Part shown: piece after piece, positions 14,226-27,045 of the stretch
How the letters are laid out: the number at the start of each line of letters is the position of its first letter
Numbering within the stretch: the stretch's first letter is position 1
DNA from: Octopus vulgaris
Taxonomy: Eukaryota
Length of the DNA stretch: 64,000 nt
Direction: 5' to 3'
Assembly: GCA_951406725.2 (NCBI GenBank)
Contig: OX597832.1
Coordinates: 18,600,001 to 18,664,000, forward strand
Position numbers and translations under genes: made by a program
Notes under the pieces: model-generated
The model's input: the letters and a program-made list of their open reading frames with translations, nothing else
What the model was told of the DNA's origin: nothing
Databases searched by the model: none

Positions 14226-14939
14226 TTTAATATCAGATGTTTAAATTTGAAGATTTTGCATTAAAAGTATTTTGAAGAATTAAGTTTGCACATTGTACAA
14301 TAAGAAATACATTTGAGCGATTCATCATAGCATCGTATGTATAAGGGACTTTAAACAGATCTACAGTGCAATTTGAGGTTTCGATCGCGAGACAATCAAA
14401 ACGAAAGAAATATAAAAGAAGGTGAGGAATCTGATGGAAAATGATCGGAATAGCCGTATGTGAAAGATCACGAATGATTTTGTATTGAATAAACAAACAT
14501 ATGGAAAAGAATAATACACACACACAAACGCACACACGTAGATACATGCATGCATCTATACATAAAATATGTAAATATTTTACGTTTCTAACGAAAGATT
14601 TCCGGACAATGGAAATGGGTGAGAATAAGAAATGTAATAAACGAGTGAAAAACGAATATGTAGCGCGTGTTCATTTGCCCCCCCCCCCCCCAAAAAAAAA
14701 AAAGCAACCTGAAATACAACAATGCACACATAAACACACACAACATATACAGGTTTGGTCAAATGTCATCTGACAGTAAATCAAAATCATTTAGGTATTA
14801 GATTTAATTATGTTTAACAACTGAATGAATTTCATAAAAGCATCTAAATATGAAATATGAAAATTTTTCTTCTTCAGCGACACATTTTTTCATTCAAAAC
14901 AATACAGAATTACAAATATAATTTAATATCGAGTGAACC

Positions 14940-15014
<75 letters not shown>

Positions 15015-15061
15015 ATTTATATATATATATATATATATGTATGTATATATATATGTATATG

Positions 15062-15111
<50 letters not shown>

Positions 15112-15117
15112 CATATA

Positions 15118-15303
15118 GGGAGAATTAACTTAAAAACAAAAGAGGAAGACAGGTGGCGTAGAAAACAAGCAGATCTATTAGAACAACGCTCGGGAATTGA
15201 AAAAGTAGTTTACGTTTCAAGCCTACGCTCTTCTACAGAAAGAAACAAGGAGATAAACATAGATCAGTAGCTACTACACACATAGTTTCTCTCCTTGTTT
15301 CCC
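15118..15303 (-). mobile_element. Short element with decayed hammerhead motif, family H2
   Basis: Minus strand CTGTAGA-A-GAGC-GTAG-GCTT-GAA-ACGT-A; homologous to 57004-57197; internal inverted repeat GAAACAAGGAGA/TCTCCTTGTTTC; follows (TA)n. Confidence 0.6.
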
Positions 15304-15442
15304 TTTATTATTATACGTGGAGCGCTGTTGAGCGAGAAGTCAATAAAAGACCTTGTAACACCAAAGATGAAATAAAGGCAGGCATTAAGGCAGCATCCTC
15401 TAGCTTAAACAGGAGATTCCCAAGTCGTCTGCAGGCCGTTGT

Positions 15443-15531
<89 letters not shown>

Positions 15532-15590
15532 ATATATATGTATATATATATATATGTATATATTTACATATATATACATATATATATATA

Positions 15591-15632
<42 letters not shown>

Positions 15633-15872
15633 CGTGTGTATGTGTGTATGTGTGCTGGATTCAGCTACATAACATTGAGAAAGAGGCAAATATCCAGAAC
15701 TAGTCTGTGGATGTTGAATCAGGAAGAGGAAGCTGCTGACCTCCCCTGTCAGAAGGTTGTAATAAAGGTTTGTGTGTCACATAACTAGGTGGAGGCGATA
15801 GCCTCTTAGAGGCAATCAACGCTAGCATCCGTCCTATTTTCCTGGTCTGCCCTGTTAACTTTGCGATAACTA

Positions 15873-15954
<82 letters not shown>

Positions 15955-15955
15955 C

Positions 15956-16014
<59 letters not shown>

Positions 16015-16025
16015 AATATACATAT

Positions 16026-16075
<50 letters not shown>

Positions 16076-16317
16076 ATATATATGTATGTATGTATATGTG
16101 TATTATGTATGTGTATATATATGTGTGCTTGTGTATGTATCTTTATGCGGAGACGCACACATATACGCACACATATGTTCATACATACTCATGCACATAC
16201 ACACGCAGTCTGCCCGTATGTTTCCACCAAAAACTTCGTAATTGGTGTGAAATTGCACACGACACGCAATACAAGCAGTATTTATCGAACATACATCACT
16301 CATACACACACACACAC

Positions 16318-16364
<47 letters not shown>

Positions 16365-16674
16365 TAATAAATAAAACATATGCATATATATATACATATA
16401 TGTACGTACCTACCTCTACATCTATATATACCCGCATATATGAGTACAGGACACCAAAAAAACGTCGTAGACAATGAGAAACGAAAACATAGACACAAAC
16501 CCAAGGAACTGGACACTTTTTTTAAACAACAAAAAAATAGAGTACAGGACAAATAACACCAAAGAAAAAAAAACGCTTCTTCAGTCGCCATGGTTTCATC
16601 TACTCTACGTTTCGAAGGTGAAGGCGAGATGTATCTTCGATAAGAAACTTTCCTTCCTGCGAATATATATATAT

Positions 16675-16722
<48 letters not shown>

Positions 16723-16959
16723 ATACGTCCATAATATCATCGTTCTTGCTATCATATAAAAAATATTACAGACACACCACACAAAACACATACTTGGGGA
16801 CGACGTCACGTCCCTTAACACAGAAGACATCCTATAAATTGGTTATAACCCTCGTTTCAGGAATCGCCACCGCTGCCGCAGCCACGTCCCTCTCAGAACC
16901 GCTGGACGATATTAATTTTAAGGTCTCCCTAATCAACATCCTCATCACAATTATCACTA

Positions 16960-17300
16960 GAGTTGCAATGGTCAACACTACCATCGCCATCACAATTCTT
17001 GTCGCTCCTTTCTTTTCTTCCACCTGCCTTCTCTGCCTCCACTTTTTCTTCCTACTCTTGAACATCCTCATTCTCAACCTCCTCCTCCACCTCATCATCA
17101 TCATCATTATCGGGAGCATCAGCATCATCATCATAATCAACATCATCCACATTATCATAACCGTTGTCGTCGCCGTCGAGTCGTTGTTGTTGTCGTCATT
17201 CACCATCATCAATGCATTCACCCTTGCCATCATCATCACCACCACCAACACTACCACCATCACCACTACCACCACCACCACCACCACCACCACCACCACC

Positions 17301-17346
<46 letters not shown>

Positions 17347-17423
17347 CCATCATCATCACCATCATCATCATCATCATCATCATCGTCCTCGTCGTCCTCG
17401 TTATCGTCGTCATCATCGTCATC

Positions 17424-17455
<32 letters not shown>

Positions 17456-17534
17456 CATCAATATCATCAGCATCATCATCATCATCATCATCATCATCGT
17501 CCTCGTCGTCCTCGTTATCGTCATCATCGTCATC

Positions 17535-17603
<69 letters not shown>

Positions 17604-17673
17604 GTCATCGTCCTCGTCGTCCTCGTTATCGTCGTCCTCGTTATCGTCGTCATCATCGTCATCATCATCATCG

Positions 17674-17713
<40 letters not shown>

Positions 17714-18460
17714 AACCGTCGTCGTGTACGTGATCATCGCTACCGTCGCATCACCGTCATCGTCCCATCATTGACATCCTGAATGTCATCATCCTCGTTC
17801 TCATCATCATCGTCATTACCAACGCCTCCATCCATGCGTTCAACTTCGTGATCATCATCATCATCATCATCCCCATTACCATCACCATAATGATGATGAT
17901 CATCATCCACGGTGTCATCGTCTACGTGGTCATCGTCATAATCCTCATTATCATTATCCTGAATTTCATCATGATCGCCATCGTCATCTGCACCACCAAC
18001 ACCAGCACCATCATCATCCTCATGAACATCATCGTCATCGTCATCTGCCTCCTTTTCATCATAAACATCGTGAACATCATCGTCATCATCCTTCTCTGCC
18101 TCCTCCCCATCATCATGAACATCATCGTTGTATTCGTCATCCTCCTCCTCATCAACATCACCATCATCCTCATCATTCTCATCATTCTCATCATCCTGAT
18201 CATCCTCATCCTCCTTCTCTTCTTCTTCCTCCTCCTCATCGTCATGAACATCATTGTTGTCTTCGTCATCCTCATCATCACCATACTCTTTTTCTACCTC
18301 TTCCTCATCGTCATGAGCATCATCATCGTCCTCGTCATCCTCATCATTTTCATCATCCTCATCATCCTCATCATCATCATCATCCTCTTTTTCTTCCTCC
18401 TCCTCATCATCATGAACATCATTATCGTCGTCATCGCCCTCACCATCATCACCATCATCA
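16960..18460. repeat. (CAT)n/(CAC)n/(CCT)n low-complexity block with higher-order repeats
   Basis: CATCGTCCTCGTCGTCCTCGTTATCGT unit x3; CATGAACATCAT unit x5-6. Confidence 0.9.
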
Positions 18461-19139
18461 TTCTTCCACACCTGGCTACACTCTATTACACTCACCCTCA
18501 GCACTATTGACTTGTCCCCTTTCTATGTTCTCTTCTCCTCTCCATCTCATCGCTTCCTTCTTTCGTTACTTCTCCTTCTTTTCCTTTTTCACATTTATCT
18601 CACTTTTCCTTTCTTTTTCTTTTTCTCGCCCTTTTTCTTTTTCTCCAATCATTTCTTCCTTCCTTCCGCTCTTTATTCCTTGCCTTCACATTTCTTTCTT
18701 TCTCCTTTTTTTATTCTATCCCTTTTTCTTAACTTTCTACCTGCCTCCTTTTTATTCTTCCCGAGCATCTCATCTTCATCCTTTTTCTCGCCCTATTTCG
18801 TCACGTCAACCTCTTCCATTCTCCAACCCCACCTCCTTGCAGCTAAGAAAGCTTCGCGTATCCGAGTCAAAACAGCGAAATAGATAGAGAGAGAAGGGTG
18901 TGAGAGAGAGAGAGAGCGGTAGTATAAGGGAACGAGATAGAGAAAGAGAGAGAAAGAGAGAGAGAGGGGGAGAGAAAGAAGACGGGGAGGTCCTGTGCCT
19001 CATGACACGGGACGTCAGTGTTGATTAGTAGCACACTCATTTACTTTTTTTTAATTTTTGTTCTTTTTTGTTTTGTATTTTCAAATTTATTTCGCCTTTA
19101 TTTCCTTTCAATTGAAATCTCTAACCATCTCTTACCCCC

Positions 19140-19466
19140 ACCCGCACCCCACTCACCCACCATCACCACCACCACCACCACCACCACTACCACTGCTTCC
19201 ATCGTCACCACATCTGCTAACGACAACACTACTACTACCATTATACCTCCGTAAGCCATCCACCACTAACACCACCACCGCCACCACCAACACCACCACC
19301 ACCACCACCGCCGCCGCCACCACCACTATCACCACGGTCAACAGCAGCAGCAACATCATCATCAGCAACGAGTAGCAGCATCACAAGTTGCAGCACAAGT
19401 ACCCCCAACATTTTCATCAGCCCCCACCCCCCAATACCACCACCACCATCACAATCACTATCAGCA
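19140..19466. repeat. (CAC)n low-complexity block
   Basis: Direct reading; similar composition resumes after 20412. Confidence 0.9.
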
Positions 19467-19474
19467 CTACAACT

Positions 19475-20404
19475 GGATCTTTTCAAATTTGTGGCCAGGA
19501 CCCCAGATCTTTCTAGTTAACTAAATAATTTGAAACTTCGTGTACTCATAGAGTGGAACTAGTTTATTCGCCAGTTGGAACTACTTTATTTGAGAAAAAT
19601 CTATTTTATGACTTTAATCGTAGATTAAAACTGCGAATTTTAACCAATGAGATTGCTTGTTTTCATATCTAAAACGTTACTGCGATCTGTTAGTGTGACG
19701 TTGAAAGCAGTTTTGTGACGTAGTTGAAGACGGCTTATAAGCACGTGTGTTGAAGTCTGGTGTGTGTGTGTGATGATAGGCAAAATCGACCTCGGCGGAA
19801 TTTGAACTCAGAACGTAACGGCAGACGAAATACGGCTACGCATTTCGCCCGGCGTGCTAACGTTTCTGCCAGCTCTTTGCTTTTTTAATATTAAATTTCT
19901 TGCCTTTTGCACAAATAAATACAATAAGTGAAATGAAACGCATTAGCTTAGAAACGAAATCTTGTTAGAAGCCTCGTCAATGAGATGCCACTTCTTAATA
20001 GCAAACGAAAGCAAGTACTAACAGAATGGAAACATTTTCAATTTAATACATGTGGCTTATTAACTAGTTTTAAATATTGTTATTAGAAGGTGGCTGACTA
20101 TAGGATCCTGGAAACATGAGTACGTTAAATAATTAGAAGGATGCGCTTGTTTACATTTAAGATGTTTAATACGTCACGAAATTGGTGGTCGAGACGGAGT
20201 AAATAAAATAAAGCCGAATGACGGAATATCATTGGTTAAAATTCTAATTATTAAACAACGTTAAACTTAGAAGTTACAATTCCGTTTTCATTCTGGTTTA
20301 CAATTAAGTTTACGTTTGACACATTCTACCAGTATACGAAGTTTCAAATTGTTTGGTTCAGTAGGAAAAATTTGAAAAAACTGGCTTCCGAATAGAAAAG
20401 ATCC
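19475..20404. mobile_element. Non-autonomous DNA transposon (MITE) with long imperfect TIRs and 8-bp TSD
   Basis: Termini GGATCTTTTC / GAAAAGATCC; internal inverted blocks AATTTGAAACTTCGT and GAATTTTAACCAATGA; TSD CTACAACT at 19467-19474 and 20405-20412. Confidence 0.85.
19778..19874 (-). mobile_element. SINE family A head fragment nested in the MITE
   Basis: TCGACCTCGGCGGAATTTGAACTCAGAACG...CCGGCGTGCTAACGTTTCTGCCAGCTC. Confidence 0.9.
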
Positions 20405-20546
20405 CTACAACTCCTTCTACCAACACTACCACGTTTCTTTAGCCCTCATCATTTTCATCACCGCCAATATGAACACCATTCGCAGCATCACTACGACCTA
20501 TTAGAAAAGGATTTGCCCTCCATCATTAGGTTTAATACCATTTCCA

Positions 20547-21214
20547 ATACCTATTTTTTTATTACCCGCAAGGGGCTAAACATATAGGGGACAAACAAGG
20601 ACAGACATAGATATTAAGTCGATTACATCGATCCCAGTGCGTAACTGGTACTTAATTTGTAAGGCGGCGAGCTGGCAGAAACGTTAGCACGCCGGGCGAA
20701 ATGTTTAATGGTATTTCGTCTGCGGTTAGGTTGTGAGTTCAAATTCCGCCGAGGTCGACTTTGCCTTTCATCCTTTCGGGGTCGATAAATTAAGTACCAG
20801 TTACGCACTGGGGTCGATGTAATCGACTTAATCCGTTTGTCTGTCCTTGTTTGTCCTCTCTGTGTTTAGCCCCTTGTGGGTAGTAAAGAAATAGGTCCTT
20901 AATTTATCGACCCCGAAAGGATGAAAGGCAAAGTCGACTTCGGCGGAATTTGAACTCAGAACGTAACGGCAGACGAAATACCTATTTCTTTATTACCCAC
21001 AAGGGGCTAAACACAGAGGGGACAAACAAGGACAGACATAGGTATTAAGTCGATTACATCGACCCCAGCGCGTAACTGGTACTTAATTTATCCACCCCGA
21101 AAGGATGAAAGGCAAAGTCGACCTCGGCGGAATTTGAACTTAGAACGTAACGGCTGACGAAATACCGCAAAGCATTTCGCCCAGCGTGCTAACGATTCTG
21201 CCAGCTCACCGCCT
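20547..21214 (-). mobile_element. SINE family A with duplicated body, interrupted by an opposite-strand copy
   Basis: Head at about 21214, two body units; sequence resumes at about 20894 after the insert. Confidence 0.9.
20661..20895 (+). mobile_element. SINE family A inserted into another family A copy
   Basis: Full head and body; imperfect TSD GGTACTTAATTT (20648-20659) / GGTCCTTAATTT (20894-20905). Confidence 0.9.
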
Positions 21215-21611
21215 ACCGCCCATACCATCAATGCTGTTTTCATTACCTTAGCCGAACCGGTACCACAGCATACCCCCAACCATCTAAATCAGTGTCTATC
21301 TACCGGGGTCTATATATATATTGCACAAGATCTCGTTGGTTGTGTCGAGAACGGTGGAAATGTTCTGAAAATTTTACATTGGCCTCTGAGCAGGTATCGC
21401 GAAGCTATTACCAAAGATTGACATAGATTCTCTGTGAACTTTCTCTGTCATGGTCAAAGCGACGATCACATGCTACACATCTTCCTTCCAACCACTGCTG
21501 TGAACAGCGGAATTAAGCTAGAACATTATAACTCAATCATTGCCAAGCAACTTCACTCGCTATGGCAACAGTGCGGATACTTATTGATCAGACCACGCGT
21601 ATATATATATA

Positions 21612-22279
21612 TAAGGCACTCCTCTACAAGCCAGCCCCAAACTCAACTCGTCCTGTCGAAAGACCCTTGTCCTGACGTCCTGGTTTTCTTTTTATCCTTA
21701 CCATTATTGTTTTTACGTTTTTGTATTCTTATTCGTGCTTTCCTTATTGTTTTCACGTATTTTTGTAATTTTATTCGTGTACATCGTCCGTTTTCCGTCC
21801 TTGTGTTGTATACACTCGAGGCTTTCTTCCAAGGGATCTAATGCGCTTGGCTTAGATTTCCCTTGGCGGCTGCCCAGGTCGGAGCAATCTCAAGATTAAT
21901 CAGCCGAAATTGCGAGGATGATCCGGTTCTTGACTGATCTTTCCTCTCTTTCTTCTCCTCCCCTGTTCATCTTCTCTCTCTCCTCATCTGTCCCTTTCTC
22001 CTCTCTTTTGTCCTCACGTGACCAGCAAGCCACTGCCGTTTTGCCTTTTCGTATCCAGCAGTCGTTGTAGCAACACGTATTTGTTTGTTTCCCGTGGCCA
22101 TAAGGCACTCCTCTACAAGCCATCTCCAAACTCAACTCGTCCTGTCGAAAGACCCTTGTCCTGACGTCCTGGTTTTGTTTTTATCCTTACCATTATTGTT
22201 TTTACGTTTTTGTATTCTTATTCTTATTCGTGCTTTCCTTATTGTCTTCACGTATTTTTGTATTTTTATTCGTGTACAT
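21612..22279 (+). mobile_element. Family T element, opposite orientation to the other copies, with ~175-bp terminal direct repeats
   Basis: TAAGGCACTCCTCTACAAGCC...TTATTCGTGTACAT at 21612-21784 and 22101-22279; 21780-21935 is the reverse complement of the family T core. Confidence 0.8.
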
Positions 22280-23379
22280 TGATGTGAGAAATAGATTATG
22301 ACGTTGCAGATGATGGTTTTCATATACCGTCTTATTATACAACAAAACTAGTCTGTTATAACGGAAGGCCACGAAGGAGCCAAAACGATGACTCTTGATA
22401 GAAAACCGAGCTCAATACAGATGGAATAAGTAAAGGTTCTTTAGTAGTAAATTTGAGAATCAATATTCTAAAGTCTTGAATGCAATTATTATAACAATAC
22501 TTGAGATTTTTATAGAGAGTTATATAAGTGATTACATTTTCCTTACCACACTAATATCATATATATTTCGAATCACTTCATGTTAAACTAAAATATTATC
22601 GTTGTTTCAAGTATCACGGAAGAGTACAGAAAATAAACATTGGTACAACACCTACTCCAGTAACAGAATTGCAATAGGCGATATGATTCCACAATCTTGA
22701 ATTTTATTTTTGATATATATTGAAGCCTCTGAATATCGTAGAATATAGAGCCATATTCTCTTCACTCCAAGATATCGAGCATAGCTATGTTAGTTTAAAA
22801 GCCTACTACTACTAGGGCAAAATAACCGATAATTAAATCCTTATATTTCCCCAACGAAACGATTAATTCGTTCAATATGGTCCCAATTTGAAGACTAGAT
22901 ACTATTCACAGGATTTTCAAAGTATAATCTGATGCAACACCTTAAGAACATTTTTTCACAGCAGTATATTTCATAACTCTACGCATTGGCTTTTGCAAAA
23001 ACTACGTATTCTGAGGAATCTTGTGGTAACACTTAACATAGGATCAGATTTCTGGTAAATATCAGATAGTTGTTCGTTTCTTCTCGATCCATTCCTGGCT
23101 CATATGGGCTGGATTCCCAGTTTCCTTGGCGTAATTTCATGTAGTAATATACATGTCCATCTTGCGATAAACTTCACCCCATGATCAAATTTAACAATGA
23201 GAAAATGAAGATAGAAATTAATGCCTATATAAACAACACTTAAGTTTTAAATAAGAATTGCAAGTCTACAAATATATATTTTGTGCAAAATATATTACTG
23301 CACACACTTGACTAGAAACACACACACACACACACACACACGTGCTTGCAAAGACAGGGAAATACACACGCACACCCAC

Positions 23380-23920
23380 ATGCTGCCTAATGGCTAGGAT
23401 GCTGTATTAACGATTTCTAGATCGTGGGTTCGATTCCCGGTTCATTTCACGTTACTCCAGTCCAATCAACTGTAGACGAGTATCTTTGTAACGAACTAGT
23501 TTCCTGGTCAGTGGGGAGTAATGTTGAAACGATCACCTGGTCGCTACTCAGCGGCATGGCATCACATGAATGTTAAGACGAAGCAATGCGCATTGTGTCC
23601 AGCGTTGTGCAGAAGTGTGGTCTATCGCGTGGGACCTTGGGCAAGTGTCTTCTACTATAGCCTCGGGCCGACCAAAGCCATGTGAGTGGATTTGGTAGAC
23701 GGAAACTGAAAGAAACCTGTCGTATATTTGTATATATATATATATGTATATATGTATATGTGTGTATATGTTTGTCCCCCAAATTCGCTTGATAACCGAT
23801 GCTGGTTGTGTTTACCTCTCCGTAACATAGCGTAACTTACGTCCCCGTAACTCGACTAAAGGCGATGCTCCAGCATGGCAACAGTCAAATGACTGAAACA
23901 AGTAAAAGAGTAAAAGAGAG
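23380..23920 (+). mobile_element. Decayed tRNA-head SINE abutting a 5'-truncated family B SINE (from about 23630)
   Basis: GGGTTCGATTCCCGG B-box; ACCTTGGGCAAGTGTCTTCTACTATAGCCTCGGGCCGACCAAAG...GACTGAAACAAGTAAAAGAG. Confidence 0.8.
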
Positions 23921-24759
23921 TATATATAAATATATGCGTGTGTGTGCGTGTATGTGTGTGTATGAATGTCTATCTATCTCCATCCATCTATCTATCTATC
24001 TATCTATCTCTCTCTCTCTATATATATAGAGAGAGAGAGATAGATAGATACATACATACATATATACATACATAAAAAACTACACACATACACAAACACA
24101 AACATACGGGTGTTTGTATATATAACTCTGTATATTCCTATATATATAAATACATATAGTTATGCACACGCAAACACACCCATATATTTACGCATGCTTT
24201 TGTGTATGTGGCTATGCTTGGGTGAATAGAGGTGACGCTCTATATGAATACGGGACTGTGCGTGCGCAAGCCATGAAAGTTCAATATATTTTGAAACTTA
24301 TCGCGTACAATATTTGTTGTTTTTCTTTTTCTCATACCCGAAACAGCTTTATTTATTCTTTGCTCGAGTAATAAATATATTATTTTAATTAATAAAGAAA
24401 ATTAGTATTTACTGGTGCACATCATATGTCTAACCGAGTAAGTTAGTATGGACCAATTATTGCAAGACAGGCGATATGAATAGAGGCTGGAATTTCACAC
24501 TCTTCTGAACATTGTAGTGTCCGTTAAAAGAAAATTAATTTTCAATGTGGTTAGATACGGATAGAATAATCTCATTCATGCGTGCAATCAATAACGAAGT
24601 CATATTCAAATTGGAAGAAAATAAACTTAAATTTTCATAGACATGATTAAAATACCATGAAACACACAGATTTACAACACATATAATAGATTATATTCAC
24701 AATCAACCATACCATAGCGTGTACGTATTTCGACGCATAAACATACGTAAACATATGAC

Positions 24760-24812
24760 TGTCTGCCTATCATCTATCTATCTATCTGTCTGTCTATCTC
24801 TCTATCTGTCTG

Positions 24813-24885
<73 letters not shown>

Positions 24886-25087
24886 ATATATATATCCATC
24901 TATCTATCTATCTCCCTGTCTGTCTGTCTATCTGTCTATCTATTTACATACATATGTGTGTGTAAGTGTGTGGGTGGGTGTCTCATCACACACACATATA
25001 TATTTCTGTGCATGCGCATGTATATGACGGTGACACGATGTGGTGAGCTTATGAGTTTATATAATTATATATATATATATACACACA

Positions 25088-25171
<84 letters not shown>

Positions 25172-25267
25172 CATATGTATATTATTGTTGTGCCACTAAT
25201 TCCTATATATATATATATATACACATATATGTGTGTTTGTGTTTGTGTGTGCATGTGTTTGTGTGTT

Positions 25268-25321
<54 letters not shown>

Positions 25322-25330
25322 TGTGTGTAT
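24760..25330. repeat. (TCTA)n, (CA)n, (TA)n, (TG)n microsatellites
   Basis: Direct reading. Confidence 0.95.
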
Positions 25331-26014
25331 AGCCTCAATAAAATGATAATTTACTCAGGCAATATTTAAAATTTAACAATAAAATTAGTGTGAATGCGTT
25401 CTTTCAGAAGCAGTTCATGAATGGATGCGTTACCACAATTCTTGGCAAAGTTCGTGGAATTATCTAAGTAGCTCTATCATTTTTGCGAATTATTTCCGAC
25501 AAGTTGTCATTGCCACTCCAAAATTTTTGAAGTTATTTGACGCACGAAATAGAAAATTTAGACATACTTGGGCAGGGACAAAATTTTCCCACAATCACAT
25601 GCCTCCAAACAGGACCTCAAGACATAGATATACGGTTTCCTGCATCCGACTAGGAAGATATTAGTCGAATATGTGTACTCCAAAATATATTTAATATTTG
25701 TCAATACGCAGTCATCATATTCTTGACAAAGGTATTTTATCTGGCAGAATTTTTGTGTTTGCCCATATGCCTTACGTTGGAAATGTCTCCTGTAGAACAA
25801 AGTAATTTTGAATTATTCCCATGAGATCTGCAGTCTTAAATGGGTGATTTTGAAATTACAAAACATATGACCAACATAAATCTGCTAGCTCAAGCTATAC
25901 ACCAGTCACTAATATTTTGTCAATAGTATAAATTCTGTTTCACGTCACACGGGCGGCCTCATTTCAGTGTAACATATCACCATTTGCATTGCTAATATAG
26001 TACTTTTATAACTT

Positions 26015-26817
26015 AAGGCGGTGAGCTGGCGGAAACGTTAGCACGCCGGGCGAAATGCTTAGCGTTATTTCGCCTGCGTTGCGTTGTGAGTTCAAATTCC
26101 GCCGAGGTCGACTTTGCCTTTCATCCTTTCGGGGTCGCTAAATATAGTACCAGTTACACACTGGGGTCGATGTAATCGACTTAATACCTATGTCTGTCCT
26201 TGTTTGTCCCCTCTGTGTTTAGCCCCTTGTGAGTAATAAAGAAATAGGTATTTTGTCTGCCGATACGTTCTGAGTTCAAATTCTGCTGAAGTCGACTTTG
26301 CCTTTCATCATTTTGGGGTTGATATATAAAGTACCAGTTACGCACTGGGGTTGATGTAATCGACTTAATCCGTTTATCTGTCCTTGTTTGTCCCCTCTGT
26401 GTTTAGCCCTTTGTGGGTAGTAAAGAAATATATATTTCTATTGCCGTTACGTTTTGAGTTCAAATTCCGCCGAGGTCTACTTTGCCTTTGATCCTTTCGG
26501 GGTCGATTAAATAAGTACCAGTTACGCACTGAGGTCGATATAATCGACTTAATCCGTTTGTCTGTCCTTGTTTGTCCCCTCTGTGTGTAGCCCCTTGTGG
26601 GCAGTAAAGAGATAAATATCGTTAGCACACCGAGTGAAATGCTTATTGGTATTTCGTCTGTCTTTATGTTCTGAGTTCAGATTCGGCCGACGTCGACTTT
26701 GCCTTTCATCTTTTCGGGCTCGATTAAATAAGTACCAGTTACGTACAAGGGTCGATCTAATCGACTGGTCCCCTACCCAGAAATTTCGGACTTTGTGCCT
26801 ATATTAGAAAAGAATAT
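26015..26817 (+). mobile_element. Tandem array of four SINE family A body units
   Basis: GAGTTCA(A/G)ATTC...AAGTACCAGTTAC unit repeats at about 185-bp spacing (B-boxes near 26088, 26273, 26456, 26673). Confidence 0.9.
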
Positions 26818-26833
26818 ATTACTTGCATAACTC

Positions 26834-27045
26834 AAGGCGTTGAGCTGGCAGAATCGTTAGCACGCCGGGCGCTACTTATCTGCATTTCGTTCTGCCTATA
26901 TTTTCTGAGATGAAATTCCGCCGAAGCCGACTTTGCTTTTATCCTTTCGTGAAGGATGAAATAAGTACCAGTTGAAGACTGGACACAATATAATTGACAT
27001 AGCACCTGCCCCGAATTTTCTTGCATTTTGCCAAAATTTGACAAT
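26834..27045 (+). mobile_element. Older SINE family A copy
   Basis: AAGGCGTTGAGCTGGCAGAATCGTTAGCACGCCGGGCG...AATAAGTACCAGTTG. Confidence 0.85.

Noticed and set aside
22300-23070. AT-rich unique stretch, possible decayed coding sequence (similar case at 25400-25900)
   Set aside because: No sustained frame or recognisable motif in the frames I read
26015-26817. Regularly spaced repeats resembling a CRISPR array
   Set aside because: Units are whole SINE bodies without unique spacers; eukaryotic context and no cas genes
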